A stretch of DNA of 64,000 bases from the human T2T-CHM13v2.0 reference genome, Homo sapiens, in assembly GCF_009914755.1 (NCBI RefSeq), contig NC_060937.1, one strand, 5' to 3'. The notes beneath the pieces are model-generated. The model saw nothing but the letters and a program-made list of their open reading frames with translations, did no database searches and was not told the origin of the DNA. Shown here in pieces: positions 39,367 to 53,310 of the stretch (its first letter is position 1; each line of letters starts with the position of its first letter). The translations under genes and the position numbers were made by a program.

Positions 39367-40645
39367 TCAAAATAGGTAAAATAATGTGTTGTTTTAAAAG
39401 GAATAATAGTAATGGTCTTTGGGAAAGAGGGAGCAGTGGTAGTCGGAAGAAAGAACTAGGTTTCTGGGGTGTGGACAGTGTTCCATCTCTTGACCTGGGT
39501 ATTGGCACAGGGTGTGTTCACTTTGTGATAATCCATTGAGCTGCATACCTGCGATTTGTGCACCTTCCAGTAGGCTAATCGCAGTTAAGTGAAAACTCTC
39601 ATGAGAGAGAATGGGAGGTGAGGAAGTGAAGAAAGTAGGCACAACACTATCCTTTCAAAAAGTTTTGCTCCAAAGGAGAACAGAGAAATCAAGCAGTAAC
39701 TGGAGGGAAGTGAGGTGGAGTCGAAAGGGATTTTTTGGATTTGTTTGTTTAGGTGGGAGATATTAAATCATGTTTATTGTGTGATGGAATTGACCTTGGA
39801 TAAAATGACGATCCAGTGTTCAAGAGAGACAAGGGACAATTGCTCAAGGAATGTCTGTGAGTAGTGAAGAGTGGCTGAGACCCAAGCTGGAAGTGGAGAG
39901 GCTGGCCTAGCAAGGAGAAGGGTACAAATGATTTTGATGATGATTGAATTCCAGAGGTGAGTATGTGTTCAGGGTGGCTGGGAAATTGGGTTCCAACAGG
40001 AGCTGTCCAACAATAGGGTGGTGGGAGAGACATGAGAAGATTTGACTTCTGATGACGAGCGACCTAGGCATGGAAAGAGTGATGAGGCTAGTTCCCATGG
40101 CCTTTTGGAAGGTGTGCAGTCATTTCTAATTATAGCCTCTTCAGGTACTGGATTTGGCTTATAATGATGGGGCAGGTCATGTCGTGATGGGGGAAGAAAA
40201 ATCAATGGCTCTCCTTGTGGCCCTCAGGCCACCTCTAGAGAAGGAGGAGGTCCTGAACTCATAATGAATTCAGGAAGATTCATAATGAATTCAGGTAGAT
40301 AAGAAATTGTGGAATTGAGAGTATGTACATTTACAATCTTGATGTTGCCAAATAATTGATGCAAATTTAAATTCCTGTCCACATAAGAGTTTCCCCTCAA
40401 CCCCTGTTAAAGTTCATAATCTTTGTCATATCTAGTCTGTGAAAAATAGCTCATTGCTTTATCAATTCCTATTGTGAATATCTTTTCACCTATTTATTTT
40501 CCTTGTGTTTCTTCTTCATGAAATGCTGTTGATGGCCTTTGCCCACTTTTCTCCCTGGTTGCTTGTATGTTCCTTATTCATTTGAAGAGCCCTTTGCATA
40601 TTAGGGAAACAAGCCATTTGCCAGTCATATTAATGGAAAATATAG

Positions 40646-40997
<352 letters not shown>

Positions 40998-43900
40998 CAT
41001 TGTCATTCTTTAGAAAAAGCCATCATGCCACTTTTATAAAAATATACGTTTTCTTTAATGATTTTACAGTATTTGGGGGGGGTGTGATGTAGGAATGCAG
41101 CTTTACTTCCTTTTTTTTTTTTTTTTTTTTTTCAATTTCAAGTTGCTTCCCCATTTCTGTTTCTGGAATAATCTGCTTTTCGCAAACATTCTTGAAATGC
41201 TAACTTTATCCTACCCAGTTTGAAAAGTACTTACAATTCAACTCAAGAAGAGGGCTCATCTGGATCCTGTCACACTCCATCAGTCTGAAGACCTTTCCTT
41301 TTTCTTTCTCAGCACATCGAGCACTTCACACTTACTTCATAGTTCTGAACTCTGCATCTGGGGCTACATTCATCTAAGTCTCTTTGTCTCTGAATTTTAA
41401 TACAAAAGGTATGTACATTTACAATCGCGATGGATGTTGCCAAATAATTGATGCAAATTTAATCCCTACCCACATATATGATAGTTTTCCCTCAATCCCT
41501 CACCAACAGTGTATAAAAGTTTATAATCTTTGTTATATCTAGTTGGTGAGAAATGACTCCATTGGTTTTTCATTATTATAAACATCTGTTCATATATTTC
41601 TTTGTAGAAAATTACATTAAGGTCCTACCTGTGCTATTGACTGGAAATAGGCAAGTGATCAGCAAATAATTAATTACAGTCCCCTTTCTGTTATTAAAAT
41701 AGAAATTTATTACTTTATGAAGACTTTGTAACTCCCTGGAAATGGTTATCTTTGCCAGTACAGACGCATGTTATATTCTTCCTTAAAGTGCTCACACATC
41801 CTCTCCCTGTGTCGTACCCTTTCTCTCTGTGCAAGTACTATATCCCCTAGTATATGATTGATGTATTCAGCAAACTGGTCAGAAGTAAGAATTCTCTCCA
41901 AGTCGTTAAAACAAAGTATGTGCTTCATTTGTTGTCTGGAATGGTTGTATGAATGGGATTCTCAACGGCTAACAGTGCTGGACAGATGAGGTCTTGCTGG
42001 AGTTACTAGTTTACCTGTTCTCTCCGTAGCCTTGTATGATCACATTTTTCTTTTCTACAAAGGAGAAAGAATACTCCCACGGCCACACCCCCTCCATACC
42101 CACCATTCCAAGTATGCCACTCACTAACTGCTACATCTACTTTTACCCCCACCTTACCCTTACATCTCATCCCTCTATCTACTTTGACATCAACAATTTT
42201 TTAACCACACAGGTGAAGCCCTGCATCCACTGATCCACTTTCCAGGGCCCATGACCCTCCTCACTTGTAAAGCCAAGATCCCCCGGGTCTTCCAGATCAT
42301 GACTCCCTTGCATACTTATTCAACTCCCTAGCCATTATCTTCTCTGTCAGACGCGCTTGGTGAAACCCCAGTTAAATTTCTGCTTATACAACAGCAGCAG
42401 CCAGGCAGTCAAATTTGTCTGGAGAAAATCCCAGCAGCCCCTAGGAACCAAAACCCCTCCTTGTTTAGGATGCTACAGAGCCAGGAAGAGTGGTATGAAG
42501 TGACATTAAGAACCATTTTTCTTCCTCTGTGCAGATCGTGTATTGGGGAGTAGGTAGGCTGCAGAGAGGGAAGGTGGCAAGATAAGAAGAGCAGCTACCA
42601 TTGGGCAAGGGGCTACCAAATGCCAGGAAGTTTTATAAACATGAGCTTTAATCCTCAGAGCCTGAATAAGTAAATAAATTTCATTACTCCCATTTTACAG
42701 AAGAGGAAACAGGCGCAAAAAGGCAAATAATTTACCCAAATATATGCAGCTAATGGGTCGTGAACTAGGCTCTATTCACAACATTGACTTCTAATCTCGT
42801 GCTTTCTTCATGACACTCAGCTGTCTCTTCTAGGTGAGGTAATCGGTGCCCTGGCCTGAGCGGTGAGCAAGTAGTGTCTGGCCTAGCATCAGGCACTGAG
42901 GGTGTAGAAGCAGAGCTCTATTCATTACAGAGGCAAGGACCTGATAATTGTGAAGAGCAGTTGTAGGGACATGCTGCGGGAGGCCTGGACTGGGCATAGG
43001 AGCACAATCACCAATGACTTTGCCGTGCGTTTGTTCAAGTGGGAGCAGAGTATCCAAGTGTAGACAGTGAAAAATAATTTTCAGCTGGAAACCTGCCATG
43101 ACTGGCTTGGCTTTGCCAATGGGATCTGATTAGTATTCTTGAGCTTTCATTAGCATTTGAAGGAAATACCCAAATGACACAAAGCTGGTTCTAGCAGCTG
43201 AAATTTAACGTTTTAACCCAATTTCTCTAATGCAGTTAACCTGTGATAAAATGCTGCTTAAGCGCCTCCTTTTCATAAACCATTTTGGACCTCAACAAGC
43301 AAACCAGTTATACAAGCACCTTTGCACTCACCTCTGCCAAGCCAGGTCAGCGGACGTGCCTCCTTGTAGCGTGAATTACATCATTTGCTGCTGGGGTAGA
43401 GAACTGGGAGTACTTTTCCCAGCCTTGGCTGGACCGGTGCCAAGGTTATTAAGTGCAAATCCCTTAACATGATCTCCCTGTAACTGCCTCTTGTGCTGAC
43501 ACAAGCCTGCCCTGGGGAGCAGCATTTTAGTGCATCCTTTGTTGCAGGTTTTCCATTTTAGGGAGAATTGATAGTGAGACTAAGTATAAACACATCCTCT
43601 GCCAGTCAAATTCTGCGGCTAGGGTTTTTGAAAAGGATCTGGGAAGTCTTGTGGCCAGCAATAATATTTATATTGAAACTCATAGCTCTTGCATCGCAGG
43701 GTGAGGGCAATGATGGTCAAGAAAGGAATTCCCTTCCCCATATACGATGCTTCTCACATGACTCAAGAAAGCAAGGGAGTATTACTTTGAGCTCAGAGTA
43801 AATCCTGCACTAGTTTCTCAGTTGCATAAGATTAAAATAAAGAACCCAAGACAATGTTTTCATATTCAAATTTTTCCAAATACTATTTTCTACTTCTAAA

Positions 43901-45669
43901 GGAAAAAAAAAGTAGCTCAATTGGTATTTTGTCTTTCTCCCTTTCTCTTAACTCTATCAAAGGCTTAGGGGCATTTTCATCCAGCTCCTGACTCTCTAAC
44001 CCTATAAAAAAAATTAGAACTTCCTATTGTACTGAAGAAAAGAAAAAGCCTATAATGTCTCCTTTAGAAAGATATTTAACATCTTTATTTTACCAGTTAA
44101 ATTTCACATAGTTCAACTATAATTCTCTGTTCAATTATAAAAATCAGTGTTCCAACCCCATTGGCCTTCTTTTTGATTACAGTAAATAAAATCTAAAAAT
44201 ATTAAAGAAATAAGTAACTACCCCAGGGATGTGAGTGCTGTAGGTTTTTCACCCCTTCCTTAATGTTCTATAAACAAGAGTCAGCAGCATTAGAATACCA
44301 CAACGTGAGAGAACCAGTATTAGCCCAAAGCACTAGGGAAAGAAATCAGTGAGTTTATTCTTGTTTTTGTGTGCCTATGCTAATATACACATAGCTATAG
44401 GAAAGATTTTCTACTTTTCAATAGTTTCCAGTTCAAAATTGAGTCTTATTTCAGGACTATGTGGAAAATAATCTACAGGATGCTTGCAATATTGAGATCT
44501 GTTATTGAGGGTTTAAAACAGCATGGAGTCTTAGAAGTCCTAAGCAGAGAATTTTTAAACGTTTGGCTATTATTTTGAAGGACAAAAAGAAATAGCTTGA
44601 TGCAGATTGAAAGGAGGAAAAATTCAGTGTTTTATGAAATGTGCCACTCCCGACACCCTTACATACCCTTGATATTACCTGGGTAAGAAATAAGCATAAA
44701 GGAATATCTGTTTGCAAAGACTTCTTGGGATACATGTTCTTCTTAGAACAATCTGTGCATTTTAGAAGTCTATTACCCTGAAGTTTCTTCCAGTGGCACT
44801 TAAGCCCTCTCATTGTATAATCTTATGTCTAGAAACCTTTGCTTTGAGCATAAATTAATATTTTTACAAGCATGATGAGTAAAATTCAACCACATACAAG
44901 ATGTGTAATATAATCGTGTGTTTGTACATGTATCTTGTTGTTTTCAGAAAGAACATTATTCTAGGGTGTTTTTTAAAAAAATTTTTAAAATACAAAGATC
45001 AGAGGTTTCTCCATTTTCCATAGGAGTGTCATGTTTCCATGGTGATGAAAACAGCTCCTGATACCAGATTAATCAAGGTGATCTGTGGGCTTCCTGCTTC
45101 CTAGTTCCATGTAACAGGGAGATGCACAGAAGAAAAGGGGAAACCGGTAGCATGTCTGATAGGTGGGTAGAAAAATACCAGGAGGTTCAGGTTCAGGTCT
45201 TAAGACTTTGTTATGTCAATGCCATTCAATGACAGATCCTTTCCAATGTTTTTTTTTTTTTTTTTCAAAAGTGGCATTCTGTTTTTAACAATACCTTTAG
45301 AGTAACTTCACAAAATATGAAAGCTTTGATAAAAATTCAGAACCACCTCTTCATGCAGTTTCCATTGCCATCTAGATAAACCAAAATGAGTGAAACCCCA
45401 CCTCACTTTTCTGGTTTTCACTCTTCTTGGGAATACCTACTCAAAATTCATGGGGTTCACTCCCGCCTTTGAGTTTCCCAACTGTACTACCTATTCATCC
45501 TTCTAACTTACCAAAGCAGTTTCGGGAACCCATCTCAGCAAACCCTTTCTTAATCATTGTGGGAGGAATGAATGAGTCTCTCCATCACTGCCTGCCTGGA
45601 TTTAGGAGGGCGGTGCTCCTTGTGCTCCACTCCAGCCCTTAACATGCACTTGATCAGTGTGCTGTAAGT

Positions 45670-46110
45670 TAACAGGAGCTCTCACATTTGGCTGTGCATC
45701 GGAATCATCCTAATCATCCTACGCAGAGTATTGGGCCTCATTCCAGAGCTATGGAATCAGAATCTCTGGGAGAAAGTCCGAGAATGTACAGTTTTAATCA
45801 ACGTATGAGTGCTTCTGAGGCCCTGCCAGGTTTGGAAATCAATGACATATGGTTTTAGTTTGTATCTATTCTGTCCCCTATGGGTATCTGCACTCTTTAT
45901 GTGAATTGGGTGTGTTTAAGAGGAATAATCAAATACCAGCAAACACATTTTGTAGTGTTTAAATGCAGATTCCCAAGCACCAGGGAGCAAGGCTTACCAA
46001 ATCTGACCCTGTAGGGGTATGGCCTGGGAATCTGCATTTTAACAAACCCCCCCATCCTCTCTTCCCGAAATGATTTCCTTGTATAGAGAAACAGTACCCC
46101 TTTGGGAACC
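45670..46110. mobile_element. Two MER5-type hAT-Charlie MITEs (about 45670-45845 and 45955-46110)
   Basis: gaatcagaatctctggg...tttggaaatcaatg and aaatgcagattccc...ggcctgggaatctgcattttaacaa. Confidence 0.7.
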
Positions 46111-47690
46111 AAACTGGAACAGGGCACACCACTTCAATGAATGAGGCAGGCTGGATGGGAAGGGACCAAAGGGAAGCTGATGCCCCATGTAGAGGGAGGC
46201 ACTGCTCTGCCTGAGCAGTTCGTCACTATTTTTCCAGACTAGAAATAGAGCCAGTATTCTCTATGTTTTGAATTTTTCAGAAGCTAGAAATTCAGAGCAA
46301 TTTAATTTCTTAACATTCAAAAACAGCCAATAAACAAACAGCTGCCACCGGCAACTTGTGCCCTCTGCCTTTGAGGGTTTTACCCATGTACCTTGAATCT
46401 CTGGTGATCTGCAACACCTTGTGTCATCAGGAGCCTGGCCAAGTGACCTCTTAAAATGTATCATACAGTATGACAGAATTGCAGCATCACAAGTTCCTAT
46501 TGGGTCATCCAGGCCACTCCCAACATTTAATGTTTAATTCCCCCACTTTGGCATTCCCCTCCAGTGCTGACACCCCAAACCATGTCTCTCATCTATATCT
46601 ATTGCCTGTGCTGCGATATCTGAATGTATTTTAGCTACTTCAACTGGGATATCATTTAAATACCTCAAATGCAACATGTCCCCATATAAAATTGTCATGT
46701 TCTAATGCCATGACTCCAAGTGTTCTTCTCCTTGCATTGTCTCAGTGAACATCAACACTGTCTCACTAGCTGCTGAAGCCAGAAGCCTGGGTGGCATCCT
46801 TAATTCTTTGCCCTTCCTCACAGCCCCTATATCAGATCATCTACTATGTTTCACTCATCCTGCTACCACCACCGTGAAACTTACAAGCTGTCACCTTTTC
46901 TAGGCAAGCTCTTTGCATCTTCTTCATTGTGAAAATAACACTGCAACTGTCTGTCCCATGACCAGCCAACTTGATTTTACAAGGAAAATCCTGCTCCTTT
47001 TCTACAAGGTAAAACCCAACTAACCTTTCTTCCTTGGCTAAGAGTTGAGCTCATTTGGAAGAGAATAATTTATTAAAAATGAAATTCTCACATTAGAAAT
47101 GAATTTGGACACTTGCATGAAGTACAGGATTATGGGACCCAGCCTTGAAAAGTAGAGAGCTCTAACGATGGATCTGGTAGCCTCCTCTTTATGCTGAAAG
47201 GAAAATGGGACTGAGAGAGCAGCAAGTAGAGAGATGGCTCTAGGGGTCACACTTTTTAGGTCCTCTGTTGAAGAACTTCCAGTCACTGGCTTCTCTCATA
47301 GCCCACATGGAGATATAAAGAAACCCTGGTACAAAGCAAAAGCCCCAGCAACAATTAAGACCAGCTGCGAACATAGGCAGTAGTCCCAGTGTCCAAAATA
47401 CCTCAACAGGTTCTTTTCTAATGTCAAAGCAATTATTCCTAAAGGAAAGAGAATGAAGAATCATGCACCTGTTTTTAATAATAAGAATAAAGCCTTAGTT
47501 GGAAACTTCTGTTCCTTTATAAAGTATGTCAAACATCTGCAGATTCCATCATTTTGGTATCCTCAAAGAAAAGTTGTACAATTTGATGTGAGAATTAGGC
47601 TATGCCTACAGTAATTTTTAAGCTTCTCAAAACTCTAGGAAATTAAATTCCCTACATAGTACTACTAAAAGAGAAAACATATATTTATTA

Positions 47691-47742
47691 AACAAAACAA
47701 AAACGGATTACAATGCTCAGGGTGAAAACTGAGTATTTTATT
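47691..47742 (-). terminator. SOHLH2 poly(A) signal with GU/U-rich downstream element
   Basis: Minus-strand AATAAA at 47742-47737 followed by GTTTTTGTTTTGTT at 47704-47691; further AATAAA hexamers at 47960-47955 and 47689-47684. Confidence 0.8.
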
Positions 47743-48533
47743 TAATAATAAAACTTACATATAAGAACAATTCAGTGAAATATAAAACAAACCTTTTTCC
47801 CCCTTATTTTCAACTGTCCTTTCTAATACCCATAGGGAGGAAGAGATGAAAAACAAAAAACCTGCTAGTCTGTAACTTAAGGTCCAGAAAGAAATATTTA
47901 CCTATTAGCCATCGTTTCACTCAAGGGATTGTGAAATGCAAAAGCACACATCAATTTATTCATTAGTTGTCAAGTGAGGAGGTAAACCCCTCTTTCAGCA
48001 TCTCTCTGCATATCTTAGTTTGGATGGTGAATGAAGAAGGAAACTCTCTAAAATGTCAAATAAGGAAAAGACCACCTAGAAATGAGTGACAGTAATTCAC
48101 AGGGATACTAAAAATAAGAATCAAGTTGTAATATCTGTACTCAGTGACACAAGGTATCAACACACCTTCCCAATCTAATCATTTTATCGTGTCTACATGG
48201 ATCTTCCTTATAGCATGCTTTTTTCATAAATTGTGGAATATTTTTTGAGAAAAGAGAGTGTAGGTCACTGAGGCCATTTGTTCTTGTAGCTCTCTGGCTG
48301 GCGGGGATCCAAGTGTGTATGAAGATGAGTGACAGTGTGTGGCCAGCTTTTTCGCTGCTGGTCTTTCTATCTGCAGAAGCTTTGAGTGCATTTATCAGAA
48401 GCCAAACCATGCCAACTCTTTTGATATTAGGTCTTTGGGTGGAGCTTTCAAAATCATTCTTTGTTCCACTTTTCCTAGATTGTCAAACTGCGCCCAGTAG
48501 GTGGTTGAGAGTGTGAATTTCAAACATGTGCTT
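47717..48533 (-). other. SOHLH2: SOHLH2 3' UTR (cleavage position approximate)
   Basis: Runs from the TAA to about 20 nt past AATAAA at 47742-47737. Confidence 0.75.
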
Positions 48534-48554
48534 TTAATACGCCCAAAACTGTTG
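48534..48554 (-). CDS. SOHLH2: SOHLH2 last exon, coding part (QQFWAY*)
   Basis: Pyrimidine tract ttccccccttctttgcag-like acceptor then CAA CAG TTT TGG GCG TAT TAA; phase 0 matches the upstream donor. Confidence 0.92.
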   Translation of the reverse strand, partial: QQFWAY

Positions 48555-50030
48555 CTGCAAAGAAGGGGGAAAAACCCACATTAATTGAATCCTCACCCAC
48601 TCTTACTCATAATGTCATGATTGTATTTTCTATATCCTAAAACAATCTGAAATGATTTGCAAAACTATGTTAAATCCTCAGGTGAATAAGCTTACAGGTT
48701 TTTAAATATATATTCTTATTAAAAGTAATTATTTTCTCACAACAATTCAACAAAACCCACCCAGAGTAAGTATAGGTCAACAATTAAAAAATGATAATAT
48801 TGTAATCTTTGCTTTCATTTACCCTAGCCTTCCTATTGGAATACTAATGATCATTAGCAACATTACGATATCTGTAGACACTACATATTTTAACATTTCT
48901 TCGCAATTCTCTTTAGAATATTTTTCTTACAAATATCTTTTGGAAGGTCACTATTATTCCCATTTTATAGATGTCATATGAAGATTGTAACAGTATCTAC
49001 CGTCAAAGGATCACTTCAGGGATTCTCATAAGATCATGCACATTAAGTACACAGAGTATTTGGCACTATTAGTTATTGAGTGCTCAAAACATGTTAGCTA
49101 TTGTTAATATGCAAAAGTATTAGCAACTATATTAAAGTTAACAGAAGTCCATTTTAAGTAGGCCAATTTAGTTTGAGTCTTCCTCTAGCACTAGACAGTT
49201 CTTCCAAACAATGCAGGTATGACTGTTTCATATGCTGACCCATCTGCCAGGACTGCTCTTGCCTACTCACTCCCGATTCCTCACCCCTCTACCTAGCTAT
49301 TCCTTAGTGGCTAGAGATTGACATAGATGGTATTTCTCCAGGGGTGAGCAGTCACTAACCTTGCCCACATCTAGCTGATATATATAGTGGGGCACTCCTC
49401 CTACCCGCTTCAACCATATTGTAATTTCTGCTTCTTTGTCTGCATCCCCTTAACACTAAATCTGCATGAGGGCAGGGATCGTGTCTACCTTTGTATACCA
49501 CATTCTTAGTACAATGACAAACTCAATGTCAGAACATAATGGGTGCTCAGTAAATATCTGCTGTATGAAGACACCTGGTATCTGAAATCAGCCTGGCTGG
49601 TGACTGAAAGAAAGCTTTTTGATTAGTGTAAGTGATGCTGCCCACCTAAGAGATAAGTAGCAGTTAGTTACGGGGCCAGTTGAGGATGAGGGTGCTAAAA
49701 TGGGATGTGCCACTGTGGAAGCTCTGAGTAGAAGCAGAGGGGTGGGCAATCAGTGCTAGGGGAGATCAGATTCCACCTGGTCACCGTCAAACTAGCACAG
49801 TCCCATTCAGCTTCACTGGTTCTGGATATCGAGACACCAGCCCTGCAGCATGAGGAGCGAGAGCATGGGTTGACTGCACCTCCTTTTCACTCATCAGGGT
49901 AGAGAGACTCAGAATCAAGCTCTTAGGTCCCAGCCTTCCAACCAGAGTAGCAACAACAAATGCAGGTCAGGGGTTTCTGCTGGCTGGAGTGAAAGGGTCC
50001 AATCTGATCCATGGACCCCTGGAAACTTAC

Positions 50031-50287
50031 CAGACAGTTGGGATGTGTAGTGCACGTCTGGCCCAACCCAGAAGTGCAGTGCCGAGGGAGAAGCTTTGAG
50101 ACCGGGGGCATGGCTGAAGGTAAATGAATTGAAATGTTCTGATTTGTTACAGCAGTTGCATCGTAGGAAGGGGTGACTTTAGAATAATATCTGACAGTAT
50201 GCAAGGAATTCAGAGACAGCGCTGCACTGGAAATGTGAGTTTTATATGGATCACCAATAGCATTCTCTGAGGCGGAGCTTGATGGAA
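50031..50287 (-). CDS. SOHLH2: SOHLH2 coding exon (exon 10 by recall)
   Basis: cattaaag|TT CCA TCA ... AAC TGT CTG|gtaagt; 257 nt; encodes (V)PSSSASENAIGDPYKTHISSAALSLNSLHTVRYYSK...QTCTTHPNCL. Confidence 0.95.
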
Positions 50288-53191
50288 CTTTAATGAGAAA
50301 GAAAACAAATATGGGTCAGTATCCACAATTCTGTAATTCAGAACGACTGTTATTCGACATAAACTGCCCGCTATTTCATTTCCTCACATTACAAATCTGT
50401 ACTACCTGCTACACCCGAATGCTGATGGAAAAACAAAGTGAACTTTCTAATTGTGACATTTAGTGCAATACACACACTATAAATTAGTGTTCATGTACAT
50501 TAAAAGACAGGTTTTATAGAAGCAGAAGATCCCTGTGCCTTCTGATGTATGTGAATGTGCACGTCAATCAAAATTGACTCTCTCTGAAGCAAGGAAGAAG
50601 GTTGGAAAGAACAACTCCATTCAGCAGAATGGTTTATATCATCATATAGCTATATTCTACATGGTAACTAGAAGAAAAAAAATTGAATATATAATATTAA
50701 CAATGTAATCTCAAATAATACCATCAATATTTATTTTCTACTGGACATTAATAATATTGAAAGTAAAATAATATAACGGTATGTCTACTTTAAATACAAA
50801 TGTATCTGAAATGTTTGTGGAAAAATAATTTAAGCAACTGTATACAGAGATTTATGAAAAAGAACAGAAAAAGGCAAGCTGATAAGGTTAAAACATGTCT
50901 GTGTTACAGATCAGGCTCAGCACAGAAACCCTGGGACCTTGGGTGATCATTTAACTTCTCTAGCCTTCAACTTCCTGATGCGGGTAGTGAAAGCGAAATT
51001 TGGAAGACTTAACTGATTGCAACTTCTCTGATCCTCTTTCCAAAACAATTTGGCAACATGCATTAAGAGCCTATACATACATTCACGTTCTCTGTTCTCT
51101 AAGTCACCCATCACACTCTTCCAGGAACCCATTATACTCTTCCAGGAATCCAGTCCAAGGAAAAGTCCAAAATACAGAAAACTTCATATATGGGAAAATA
51201 TTTCCTATCATATGATGTAAAAAATCACTCTCTCCCCAAACTGCAAATGCTAAATGTAGCGACTGGAAAATGGCTAAGAAAATTACTCTACCCTTGATAA
51301 ATGATTAAAACTATTAAAATGGTGATGAGTGATGCATAACAACAAATATACATATGTATGACACAAAGTTAAGTAAAAAAATTCAAGAAACAAAATGGGA
51401 TATCCAATGATTACTACTATAGAAAAATATATCTGGAAGAAGACTTGAAGGAAATACATTAAAAAATGAACACGGTGATTATCTTATCCAGGTTAGTAAA
51501 GGATCGGCACTGGTTTTCAAACGCAAAAATGTATTTACATCAAATAAAAACGGCAGTTTTGACTCCTTAACCTTCAAGGCCTCCTAGGGTTTGAACCTAC
51601 CACAGGTCTATTCCTAGCATATCTCTGGCTTCCCAAGATTGGTCTCCTTAGGGGAGGCAGTGTCTTGAAATGCTGGGGCATAGAAAGGCCTGAACTCGCT
51701 GCCACGAAAAGAATGTTTCAGAGTTTCTGCAGGACATAAATAGTATTGTATGTACAAAAAAATAACATTGACAGGCATATGCCTGTGGCCTGATCTCTAT
51801 CTGATTTAATCTAAGCTGATTTAATCATTCCATGTCACATTCAGCCACTGCTACTTATGGCAATTTTTTTTTCTTCTCCTCTCTTCTCTCCTCTAAGTTG
51901 GGAGAAAAGTCTAAACTGACTAAAATAACACCCTGAGGCTTCTTTGGTGATATGAAGAATCAGGGCTGGGTTCTATCTGGGGGTCCCTGCTCTTTTGACT
52001 TTAGACACTATCCTGCATAACCTTCATTTGTTCCCATGGCTTCCGCCACATCCCCATCTGTGCATGGTTCCTCTACTACAGCACTTACAAGACTGTCTGG
52101 GCCATAATTTCTTTTGTGACCCTTTCTACCACTAAGTTGTGAGCTCCATAAGAACAAGAACTGCCTTTTATTCATCTTTGTGTCCCCATCTTTGAGGCAG
52201 GGACATTTAAGCTGAGAACTAGGGATGGACTTGGTACTAACTAGCGCAGGTGAGGGAGGAAGGACATTCCTGGTACAAGGGAGGTGCTTGGTGAGAGCAG
52301 AGCCTGTTGGAGGAAGTCAGAAGTGTCATCTAGGACTGAGAGGCTGAGGAGAGAGGCAGTCCTGTCATCTAGCGTCTAACATTTAGGTCAAGAGGTCCAT
52401 ACCTTCCTGGTTTCTAGACGGAGAGTAACTTTATCTTCAGGAATACTAAAAGTCACAAACTGCTAGCTGTGTTCTTTTCCTCTATTTTTTTCCATCTTGT
52501 TATTTCAGGTACACGGGCATGTCTAGGCTTATACGGCACATATAACAAAAATGCCTCCCAGCGGGAAAGCATTTGTTCCACAATGAATATTCACATAATG
52601 AGATTTCTTGAGCCCCTCCTGTATGTTGGTCATTGTTCTAGGTACTAGAAATACAGCAATGAATAAAACCAGCCAAAAAATTCCCTGCCTTCATGGAGGT
52701 GACATTCTAATGGAAGATAGGCAACAAACAAAACACACAAGTAAAGAATAGCAGAAGGCAGTGAGTGCTATCAAGACAAATACAGCAGAGAAAGTGGCTG
52801 AGAAGATCTCTTTGAGAGGTGACATGCAAGCAAAGGCATGAAGGAGGTAAATAAATATGTTAAATGCTCAGGACACAGTCAGTCCTGAAATTATACGAAT
52901 ACTTCCCCTCCCCTGAGATTCTATTCATATTATAAACAAAGTCACCAGTGTGCTTATCATCTATCAACAGAATGAGCTTTCTGGTAATTACGGTCAATTT
53001 TGAGCCCAGTTTCTGGCATAACACTATTTAAACAACTGTAGCCACCTTGTGTACCTGAGGCTGACAATACCAGAAGGACTCATCAGCTCTCCTGGATTCC
53101 CTGGTTATGGTGGTGAATGCACAGGAGCCTGGGGGTTTGCAGGGCAGGGCAGGTCCCCCTGTAAGTGGCACAGATGCTAGGAGAAGCTCAC

Positions 53192-53310
53192 CTCTCACAG
53201 CTTCATCCAAGGAGCTCTCTGCATCAGGAGTGGAGCACCCATTCCAGCACGTATTAGTCAGGAATTGGAGCCCTCTCTCAGGGGAGTAAGTGCTCATCAC
53301 ACTGTTTTCC
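53192..53310 (-). CDS. SOHLH2: SOHLH2 coding exon (exon 9 by recall)
   Basis: tttcaag|G GAA AAC AGT ... GTG AGA G|gtgagc; 119 nt; encodes ENSVMSTYSPERGLQFLTNTCWNGCSTPDAESSLDEAVR. Confidence 0.95.
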
